A stretch of DNA of 64,000 nt from Eubacteriales bacterium (lineage in GTDB: Bacteria; Bacillota; Clostridia; Oscillospirales; CAG-272), in contig JBGVKV010000063.1 in NCBI GenBank assembly GCA_045123975.1, positions 15,070-79,069 of the forward strand, written 5' to 3'. Of the stretch, positions 45,008 to 51,784 are shown piece by piece. A program made the position numbers and the translations under genes. Positions within the stretch are counted from its first letter, which is position 1; the number at the start of each line of letters is the position of its first letter. Below the pieces are notes generated by a model that saw nothing but the letters and a program-made list of their open reading frames with translations, made no database searches and was not told where the DNA came from.

Positions 45008-45041
45008 AAAAAGCCGGGCAGAGGATATCTGCCCGGCTTTA
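45008..45041. terminator. bidirectional rho-independent terminator
   Basis: aaaa-agccgggcag-aggatat-ctgcccggct-ttatt. Confidence 0.8.
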
Positions 45042-45308
45042 TTATTCTGTTGTGGTGGTGGATTTTTGGCGGCGCGCGCCGATAAACCGCAGAACTGCCC
45101 ATACCGCCGCCGCTGCGGCGAAGGTAATCAAAAATGCGGCGGTCTGTATTCGGGGAGGATATCCCATTCCGTACATAACGAAAGCGGCAGTAGCGGCAGG
45201 CAACGTGCGCGCCGGTGCGCCGAAGGAGCGAAAGTACAAAAGAAGCAGTGCCGCCGCGGCACACATGGCCCAGACCAGGGGCATCAGATCCAGCATGGCA
45301 ATACGCAT
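45042..45308 (-). CDS. small hydrophobic protein, function unknown
   Basis: 88-aa ORF with 3 predicted TM helices, lying downstream of and in the same orientation as 45344-45973. Confidence 0.35.
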   Translation of the reverse strand: MRIAMLDLMPLVWAMCAAAALLLLYFRSFGAPARTLPAATAAFVMYGMGYPPRIQTAAFLITFAAAAAVWAVLRFIGARRQKSTTTTE

Positions 45309-45343
45309 ACCGACCTCCCAAAGGATGTATGCAGTCCGCCGTA

Positions 45344-45973
45344 TCAGTATCCTATGGAGTCGATCTTTAAGGTGCCGCCCTCGCTGGCCAGCGTGAAGAT
45401 CAGTACACGGGATGCGTCGCTGGCCACGTCCCGACGGAACGTGCCGTCGTTATCGTAGATGGCGTAGGACACGTAATACACGTAACTGTCCTCCTCCGCG
45501 TCGTATTCTGCCTCCTGCAGAACGATGTCGTAGATCTTCTGCGGGGAGAAATACGCAAAGGGAAGAGTTCTTTTATAGTATGTGTCCGTGAAGAGGGAAT
45601 TATACGCTGATGCATCCCCTGCCGTTACAATTTCAAAATAACGGGCGAAGAAGGCGATGGCCTCCCCTTCCAGCCTGGCGTCTTCCGCCGTTTCCACCGG
45701 AACGGTTTCGGCACCGCGACGGATGTGGATCCGCCGATCCAATTCCATATAGGCGGCGTCGGTTGTCACGTCCTCATCGGGATGGGGATGCTTGAACTGA
45801 TCTGCGCGGAGGTGTCCCGTATAGGTGGGGATGGGGCCGTCCTTTGCTATGGCCGGAAGATTGCCGGAGGAGAAGGATACGGCAGCGCTGACGATGCCGA
45901 TCAGAAGCGCGATGCCGGCACCCCAAAGGAGGCGGCGTTGTTTTTGACTCAGAGATTTTGTTTCGTTGGCCAT
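45344..45973 (-). CDS. membrane-anchored hypothetical protein
   Basis: 209 aa from the ATG at 45973. There is a single N-terminal TM helix (LLWGAGIALLIGIVSAAVSF) and a soluble C-terminal domain. Confidence 0.5.
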   Translation of the reverse strand: MANETKSLSQKQRRLLWGAGIALLIGIVSAAVSFSSGNLPAIAKDGPIPTYTGHLRADQFKHPHPDEDVTTDAAYMELDRRIHIRRGAETVPVETAEDARLEGEAIAFFARYFEIVTAGDASAYNSLFTDTYYKRTLPFAYFSPQKIYDIVLQEAEYDAEEDSYVYYVSYAIYDNDGTFRRDVASDASRVLIFTLASEGGTLKIDSIGY

Positions 45974-46153
45974 AAATAAACCCTTTCTTTCAGGACTTCT
46001 CCCCGAAAATCCGCTGCCTCCGTATATTGAGAAACCTAACTGCATAGAGTATAGCGGAAGTCACTTATACTGTTATTATACAGCCCGGTGTGCGGTATTG
46101 CAAGGGAAAGTAGCGGTTTTTTGTCCCTTGTGTCGGGGAATGTAAAAAAGTCC

Positions 46154-46182
46154 TTGACAAATCAACAACGGCACCTTATAAT
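46154..46182 (+). promoter_or_regulatory. consensus sigma-A promoter (TTGACA-17-TATAAT)
   Basis: ttgaca at 46154-46159 and tataat at 46177-46182. It lies about 90 nt upstream of the ACP gene. Confidence 0.7.
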
Positions 46183-46272
46183 GATACTGTATTGGCAGAA
46201 AGTAGTCTGCATAGGAACTTACATTATTATAATGATAGGAAAGGGAACATCCCGTTCCCCGGAGGAAACGAA

Positions 46273-46503
46273 ATGTTTGAAAAGATTAAGAATCTTCTGG
46301 TAGAAGAGTTGTCCGTTAAAGAAGAGGATATCACCATGTCTGCGGAGCTGGTAAACGATCTGGGCATCAATTCTCTGGAGCTGGCGGATCTGGTTCTTCT
46401 GTGCGAGGAGAAGTTTGACATCGAGATCGGTGACGACGATATCCATAAGTTCGTAACCGTAGGCGACGTGGTGGATTATCTCAGCACTAAGGCAGAAGAC
46501 TGA
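46273..46503 (+). CDS. acyl carrier protein (stand-alone, not in a fab cluster)
   Basis: 76 aa. The phosphopantetheine attachment motif is DLGINSLELADLV (Ser in an N-S-L context). The RBS ggagga is 6 nt upstream. Confidence 0.8.
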   Translation: MFEKIKNLLVEELSVKEEDITMSAELVNDLGINSLELADLVLLCEEKFDIEIGDDDIHKFVTVGDVVDYLSTKAED

Positions 46504-46506
46504 TTC

Positions 46507-47256
46507 ATGATTCAAAACAGAATCTGTGTGCGGGGCGTTTTCTTTGATAACGTCACGCTGGACGAGGCGGCGCAACTGCTCCGCGCAGCAGCGCGGGAAA
46601 ACAGAAGCGGCGTCTCTGTTTTTACTCCCAATTCCGAAATTGTACAGCTTTGCATCGAAGATGCGTCCCTCAGGGATAGGATCAACGACGGCGGTCTGAT
46701 CGTTCCCGACGGTATCGGCGTGATCAAGGCGGCGCGGATCCTGGGCACTCCCCTGAAGGGAAAAGTGGCCGGCGTGGATCTGGGTCGGCGTGTGATGGCC
46801 TTTGCGGCAGAGGAGGGATTCCCCGTGGCGCTGGTGGGCGGTAAGCCCGGCGTGGCAGAGGATGCGGCGGCCGCTATGCAGGCAGAGTATCCCGATTTGA
46901 ATGTCTGCCTGACGGCAGACGGCTATTTCAAAAAAGAGGGCGAGGAGAACGAGGCGGTTCTTTCCCGTATCCGGGAAAGCGGCGCGCGGATCGTGTTCAT
47001 CTGCTTTGGTGCCCCGGCACAGGAGAAATGGATTGCTGCCAATCGGGACAAGCTGCCCGGAGTAAATCTGCTTCTCGGCCTGGGCGGATCGCTGGACGTG
47101 TATTCCGGCCGCGTGAAGCGGGCCCCCGATGTGTTTGTAAGGCTGGGCCTGGAGTGGCTGTACCGCCTGCTTAAGGAGCCGAAGCGGATCGGCCGTATGA
47201 TGAATCTGCCCAAATTCTATTTCGGTACGTGGAAGTACAAGCTGTTTCATAAATAA
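46507..47256 (+). CDS. WecB/TagA/CpsF-family glycosyltransferase
   Basis: VFTPNSEIV...LIVPDGIGVIKAARILG...ICFGAPAQEKW...EWLYRLLKEPKR are typical of glycosyl transferase family 26. Confidence 0.85.
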   Translation: MIQNRICVRGVFFDNVTLDEAAQLLRAAARENRSGVSVFTPNSEIVQLCIEDASLRDRINDGGLIVPDGIGVIKAARILGTPLKGKVAGVDLGRRVMAFAAEEGFPVALVGGKPGVAEDAAAAMQAEYPDLNVCLTADGYFKKEGEENEAVLSRIRESGARIVFICFGAPAQEKWIAANRDKLPGVNLLLGLGGSLDVYSGRVKRAPDVFVRLGLEWLYRLLKEPKRIGRMMNLPKFYFGTWKYKLFHK

Positions 47257-47287
47257 AAGGAGATGCACCTGTGGCATCTCCTTGTTA
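47257..47287. terminator. bidirectional terminator hairpin
   Basis: aa-ggagatgc-acctgtg-gcatctcc-tt. Confidence 0.6.
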
Positions 47288-47294
47288 TTCTGAT

Positions 47295-47912
47295 TTAATC
47301 CGGATAGGCGATCTTTGCGTAGTCCGCGATGAAGCGGGCCGCGGCATCGATGCCGATCTTGTCGGTGGCCAGAGCCAGATCGTAATTATCCACCTTGCCC
47401 CATTTGCGGGAGGTGTAGTAGTTGTAGTAGTTGGCGCGGCGCTTGTCGGTCTTCACGATCTTATCCCGGGCCTCGGCCTCGGGGATGGAATGCTCCGCAC
47501 AGATGCGTTTCACCCGCTCCTCGAAATCCGCGTAGAGGAAGACCTTGACCAGCTTCGTGTGTTCCGACAGCACGTAGTCCGCACAGCGGCCCACGATGAC
47601 ACAGCTTTCCTTTTCCGCGATCTCGCGGATGATTTCCGACTGTGCGCAGAACAGCTTGTCGTTGATCGGCACGTTGAAGTGATCCACACTGCTGTGGTAC
47701 ATGTTGGAGCTCATAACCAGGGTGTAAAGCAGGCTGCTGGCCGCTTTTTCCTCGGCGTGCTGCAGCGCTTCCACGCTCAGTCCGCTTTTTTCGGCGGCAA
47801 GGGAGAGCAGACTCCGGTCGTAGCATTTTACTCCCAGGATCTGCGCAAGCTTTTGGCCGACTTCACGTCCTCCGCTTCCATATTGTCTGGCAATGGTGAT
47901 GATGGTGTTCAT
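47295..47912 (-). CDS. cytidylate kinase-like family protein (Cytidylate_kin2 type P-loop protein)
   Basis: The N-terminus is MNTIITIARQYGSGGREVGQKLAQILG. Length is 205 aa. Confidence 0.7.
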   Translation of the reverse strand: MNTIITIARQYGSGGREVGQKLAQILGVKCYDRSLLSLAAEKSGLSVEALQHAEEKAASSLLYTLVMSSNMYHSSVDHFNVPINDKLFCAQSEIIREIAEKESCVIVGRCADYVLSEHTKLVKVFLYADFEERVKRICAEHSIPEAEARDKIVKTDKRRANYYNYYTSRKWGKVDNYDLALATDKIGIDAAARFIADYAKIAYPD

Positions 47913-48040
47913 CCCTCGACCCCCTGTGTTTTTGAGATGTATATTATTATACAGATAAAGTTGGTTTTTGTAAATACTTTTGCACAGATTTTTTCGAAAA
48001 TCGGTGGAATAATTATGCCATTTGTACGAAAGGGGAGCCT

Positions 48041-48601
48041 ATGATCTGCTTGCAGTGTGCCGAAATTCGCCCCGGGGAAACCCAGCACGAGGCGGGAATC
48101 CGTCTGCGGGACGATATGCTGCGCCGCTTTTGCGGCATTGAATCTCCTTCCGTTATAGCCCCGCCGGGGGAAAAGCCCCGTTTGTCCGATCGCGAGGATA
48201 TTTCCTTTTCCGTATCCCACAGCGAGTCGGCGGTGATCTGTGCGCTCAGCTTTCCCGGTACAGTAGAAACGGATGACGTTACCGTAATCTACGGCGGAGC
48301 CGATGCCCCGGAGGTGGGGGCTGACGTGGAGGCGGTGCGGGATGGGGAGGAAATACCCCGCCGGCGGCGGTTGGCCGACCGGTTCTTCCCCGAGGAGGAA
48401 GCGGTGCGGCTGCGGGCCATTCCCGATGAGGCGTATTCTGTCGCCTTCTGCGAGACGTGGACGGCCCTCGAGAGCTTCGTCAAGCGAACGGGGGAGGGAT
48501 TCCGTCACGGATTTTCCCATATTGATTGGAGAGATGTCCGCCGTGTTACCAAGACGTGGGAGATCGGTGGGAAAACGTACGTCGTATCCGTTGTATTTTA
48601 G
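48041..48601 (+). CDS. 4'-phosphopantetheinyl transferase, Sfp type
   Basis: Contains the motifs GEKPRL, FSVSHS, GADVEAV and WTALESFVKRTGEG. Confidence 0.75.
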   Translation: MICLQCAEIRPGETQHEAGIRLRDDMLRRFCGIESPSVIAPPGEKPRLSDREDISFSVSHSESAVICALSFPGTVETDDVTVIYGGADAPEVGADVEAVRDGEEIPRRRRLADRFFPEEEAVRLRAIPDEAYSVAFCETWTALESFVKRTGEGFRHGFSHIDWRDVRRVTKTWEIGGKTYVVSVVF

Positions 48602-48612
48602 AACAGAAAGAA

Positions 48613-48646
48613 AGGGCTGCTGCCGATTGGCAACAGCCCTGTTTTT
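48613..48646. terminator. bidirectional terminator hairpin
   Basis: gggctgctgcc-gatt-ggcaacagccc, followed by tgtttttgttttt. Confidence 0.7.
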
Positions 48647-48650
48647 GTTT

Positions 48651-50240
48651 TTAGTCCTCTACGCTTCCGTATTCTTCCAGTGTCAGGCCTTCGTTGTGCT
48701 CCAGGGTGTAGTTGATGTGCCACTGGGTGGGGAAGAGCAGATAATTTCCGTCGCGGAAATCCTGTACCCACTTTACCTCGTACAGCTTCAGATCGGCGGG
48801 GTTTACGCCCTCCGGCACCCGCTTGATGAACTGATAGGGCTGCGGATATTTCCGGTAATCCACGTTGTATTCGTTCTTCATACGGGATTCCAGAACGTCC
48901 AGCTGCAATTCGCCGACCACGCCCACGTATACCCGCTCCAGACCGGAGCCGGGCTCGCAGAAGATACGGATCGCGCCCTCCTGGGCGATCTGGTTCATAC
49001 CCTTGGCAAACTGCTTACGCTTCATGGAGTCGATCTGCTCTACCTCCACGAAGATTTCCGGCGCGAAGGTGGGGATTCCCTCGAATTCTACCCGCATGGA
49101 GCGGTCGCATACCGTGTCGCCGATGGAGAAAATGCCCGGATCGAATACGCCGATGATGTCGCCGGCATACGCCTCGTCGATAATGGATCTCTCCTGCGCC
49201 ATCATCTGCTGGGGCTGGGACAGCTTCAGCTCCCGTCCGCCCTGGACGTGATAATAGGTCTCACCCCGCTCAAAGCGGCCGGAGCAGATACGCATGAAAG
49301 CAATGCGGTCCCGGTGGGCCTTGTTCATGTTGGCCTGGATCTTGAATACGAAGGCGGAGAACTTATCGTCGGAGGGATATACCACTTCCCCTGCGGTTTT
49401 GCGGGGCAGGGGGGCTGTGGTCATGCGGAGGAAGCATTCCAGAAACGTCTCAATACCAAAGTTGTTGAGCGCAGAGCCGAAGAATACGGGGGACAGCTTA
49501 CCGTGGCGTACCGCCTCCAGATCGAAATCCACACCGGCGCCGTCCAGAAGCTCTACCTGCTCTACCAACTCAGCCCGCTCTTCCTCGCCGATCAGCTGAT
49601 CCAGCTTGTCCGTGTCGGTGATATCGCAGTCGATGGAGGAAAGGCGCTCGCGGCCGCGGTGGGCGTCCGCATAGGAGATGATCTTTTTCTGTTCCCGGTG
49701 GTATACGCCCTTGAAGCGCAGACCGCAACCGATGGGCCATGTGATGGGATAGGTGGCGATGCCGAACTCGGTTTCCAACTCGTCCAGAAGATCAAAGGGA
49801 TCTCTTGCTTCCCGGTCCATCTTGTTGATGAAGGTGAAGATCGGGATGTCCCGCATAGCGCAGACCTTGAACAGTTTTCTCGTCTGGGGCTCAATACCCT
49901 TGGCCGCGTCGATGACCATAACGGCGCTGTCCGCCGCCATCAGGGTACGGTAGGTATCCTCGGAGAAGTCCTGATGTCCGGGGGTATCCAGAATGTTGAT
50001 GCAATAGCCGTCGTATTCGAACTGCATAACGGAGGAGGTGATGGAAATACCGCGCTTTTTCTCGATTTCCATCCAGTCGGATACGGCGTGGCGGTCGGAG
50101 GCCTTGCCCTTTACGGAGCCGGCGGACTGGATCGCACCGCCGTACAGAAGAAATTTCTCCGTCAGGGTGGTTTTACCTGCGTCGGGATGGGAGATGATGG
50201 CAAAGGTCCTGCGCCGATTGATCTGCTCTTGATTTGTCAT
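48651..50240 (-). CDS. prfC: peptide chain release factor 3
   Basis: The GTPase motifs are ISHPDAGKTT, DTPGHQDF and NKMD. Length is 529 aa. Confidence 0.93.
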   Translation of the reverse strand: MTNQEQINRRRTFAIISHPDAGKTTLTEKFLLYGGAIQSAGSVKGKASDRHAVSDWMEIEKKRGISITSSVMQFEYDGYCINILDTPGHQDFSEDTYRTLMAADSAVMVIDAAKGIEPQTRKLFKVCAMRDIPIFTFINKMDREARDPFDLLDELETEFGIATYPITWPIGCGLRFKGVYHREQKKIISYADAHRGRERLSSIDCDITDTDKLDQLIGEEERAELVEQVELLDGAGVDFDLEAVRHGKLSPVFFGSALNNFGIETFLECFLRMTTAPLPRKTAGEVVYPSDDKFSAFVFKIQANMNKAHRDRIAFMRICSGRFERGETYYHVQGGRELKLSQPQQMMAQERSIIDEAYAGDIIGVFDPGIFSIGDTVCDRSMRVEFEGIPTFAPEIFVEVEQIDSMKRKQFAKGMNQIAQEGAIRIFCEPGSGLERVYVGVVGELQLDVLESRMKNEYNVDYRKYPQPYQFIKRVPEGVNPADLKLYEVKWVQDFRDGNYLLFPTQWHINYTLEHNEGLTLEEYGSVED

Positions 50241-50436
50241 AATCCTGTCTCCAAAAATAACGAATATATCACTTTGGGGGGCATCCCCCGTTCATTAACT
50301 TGTGGAAAATTCCATACCTTATTATTCTATCACATTCTGTTTCTTTTTACAAGGGGGAAATTCGGGGGCGGCGGTATTGAATTTGGTCTGTGCGGATGGT
50401 ATAATGTATACATACAATCATTCCCGGAGGTGCGTG

Positions 50437-50619
50437 ATGGGAAACTACGTGGTATACTGCGGCATTATGTGCATAATCGGCGTATTGTGCCTGGGGGCCG
50501 GATTTATGCTCCGCGAAAGACTGAACCCCAAGGTGGCGGCCATTCTGATCGTCATCGGCCTGGCACTGTCCATGATCTTTATGAACACATTGCTTATTGC
50601 ACAGCTGCAGAATATGTGA
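50437..50619 (+). CDS. small membrane protein (2 TM), hypothetical
   Basis: 60 aa from the ATG with RBS ggaggtg 6 nt upstream. A tggtataat -10 lies about 35 nt upstream. The longer ORF-track start lacks both. Confidence 0.4.
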   Translation: MGNYVVYCGIMCIIGVLCLGAGFMLRERLNPKVAAILIVIGLALSMIFMNTLLIAQLQNM

Positions 50620-50686
50620 GATAATAAAAAGCAGCCCGCTTGGGCTGGTTCTCATAAGGCTGTTTGATTTATCCCTGCAGGGACCG

Positions 50687-50704
50687 GCGTCCCCGACGGT
50701 CCGT
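50687..50704 (+). repeat. left arm of 16/18 inverted repeat bracketing the AT-rich XRE cassette
   Basis: gcgtccccgacggtccgt. The reverse complement of 51713-51730 is gcgtccttgacggtccgt. Confidence 0.5.
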
Positions 50705-50736
50705 CAAGGCATAATTGCGCCGAAGTAAACAAACAG

Positions 50737-50775
50737 AAAACCCCGACAGATTTTTGTCTGTCGGGGATGTTTTTA
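50737..50775. terminator. bidirectional rho-independent terminator
   Basis: aaaa-ccccgacaga-tttttg-tctgtcgggg-atgttttt. Confidence 0.85.
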
Positions 50776-50800
50776 TTCTGTTCGATAAACTGCAATTTGG

Positions 50801-51565
50801 TTATCTTTTTTTATATATTACAAGCTCGGGATTCTCTCCGTTTTCCTCATAAGTACATACAAGTAAAAAGTCCATATTGCCGGCAATACCAAAGCAACGG
50901 TTGCTGCCGAATTCGCATTCAAGCTGATTCCCAAGATAGGTGGCATCGTCATCAAGAAGTTTCACTTTTTGTCCGTTAGGAAGCGAGTATTCCATATTGA
51001 TATAACCACCTATAAGGAAATGGAGCGTTTTGACTTCGGGCATTCCTTCAATATGTAAATCGTTAAATTCTTGGATCATTTGCTCTTTGAATTTTGTGAG
51101 ATTCTCCTCGCCTCCAAGCTCCGCGTAGCGTTTCCAATAATTGAGCTTTGGAAGATGCTCGTCAAAATAAGCTCTTGCCTGATCGGCAGGCCAATTCTCA
51201 TTTGACATATGATCCACCAGGAAATCGGTCAGTTCTTCAAGACTTGTATAGCAGAATTTTCCGTCTGCGTAACACCACTTGCAATATTCCTCGTTGAAAA
51301 ATCCGTCGGGTTCTTTGCTGATATTACCGTCTTCAAGGGGCATACCGCAGCATTGACAAATCAGATTTTGAGGTGAGCCGAGAAGCGTATTGATCGAAAC
51401 GTCAAACTCCTTTGACAGAAGTTTCAGCGTTTCTGTATTCGGGGTTGTTTCTCCGTTCTCCCAACGGGAAACGGCCTGTCTTGTCACATACATTCTTTCC
51501 GCAAGCTCCTCCTGCGAAAGCCCTTTTTTCAATCTGAGTTCACGGATGATATCTTTTGTTTCCAT
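50801..51565 (-). CDS. XRE-family HTH transcriptional regulator with zinc-ribbon and uncharacterised C-terminal domain
   Basis: The HTH_3 region is LRLKKGLSQEELAERMYVTRQAVSRWENGETTP. The zinc ribbon is CQCCGMPL...CKWC. Length is 254 aa. The gene is AT-rich relative to its flanks. Confidence 0.8.
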   Translation of the reverse strand: METKDIIRELRLKKGLSQEELAERMYVTRQAVSRWENGETTPNTETLKLLSKEFDVSINTLLGSPQNLICQCCGMPLEDGNISKEPDGFFNEEYCKWCYADGKFCYTSLEELTDFLVDHMSNENWPADQARAYFDEHLPKLNYWKRYAELGGEENLTKFKEQMIQEFNDLHIEGMPEVKTLHFLIGGYINMEYSLPNGQKVKLLDDDATYLGNQLECEFGSNRCFGIAGNMDFLLVCTYEENGENPELVIYKKR

Positions 51566-51595
51566 AACATTGCTCCTCTGTAAGTTTGTGATTAT

Positions 51596-51623
51596 ATTAT
51601 ACCACGTCTATACAGGTTGACAA
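51596..51623 (-). promoter_or_regulatory. sigma-A promoter of the XRE gene (TTGTCA-16-TATAAT, TGg extended -10)
   Basis: The minus strand reads ttgtca-acctgtatagacgtgg-tataat. Confidence 0.6.
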
Positions 51624-51664
51624 GAAACTCTCTGTTGCTCTTTGTTAATCCTGTTATGCCACAA

Positions 51665-51700
51665 ACAACAAATCGGCAGAGAAAACAAGTTCTCTGCCGA
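51665..51700 (-). terminator. rho-independent terminator of the beta-helix lipoprotein gene
   Basis: The minus strand reads cggcagagaa-cttgtt-ttctctgccg-atttgttgttt. Confidence 0.7.
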
Positions 51701-51712
51701 AATTTATGTGTC

Positions 51713-51730
51713 ACGGACCGTCAAGGACGC
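51713..51730 (+). repeat. right arm of 16/18 inverted repeat bracketing the AT-rich XRE cassette
   Basis: acggaccgtcaaggacgc, which is the reverse complement of gcgtccttgacggtccgt. Confidence 0.5.
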
Positions 51731-51784
51731 TGCCCCTACATTTGCAGGCTTCCTTGCAAGAAGGGGGCCACAGGGGCTGCTTTA

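Noticed and set aside
48651-50240. Programmed frameshift in a release-factor gene
   Set aside because: The autoregulatory +1 frameshift is a property of prfB. This gene is prfC (a GTPase) and reads as one uninterrupted 529-codon frame.
48303-50624. 773-aa plus-strand ORF spanning the PPTase 3' end, the intergenic region and the whole of prfC
   Set aside because: It is antisense to prfC, which has a complete GTPase motif set. It also crosses a terminator hairpin, so it is not a plausible transcript or translation unit.
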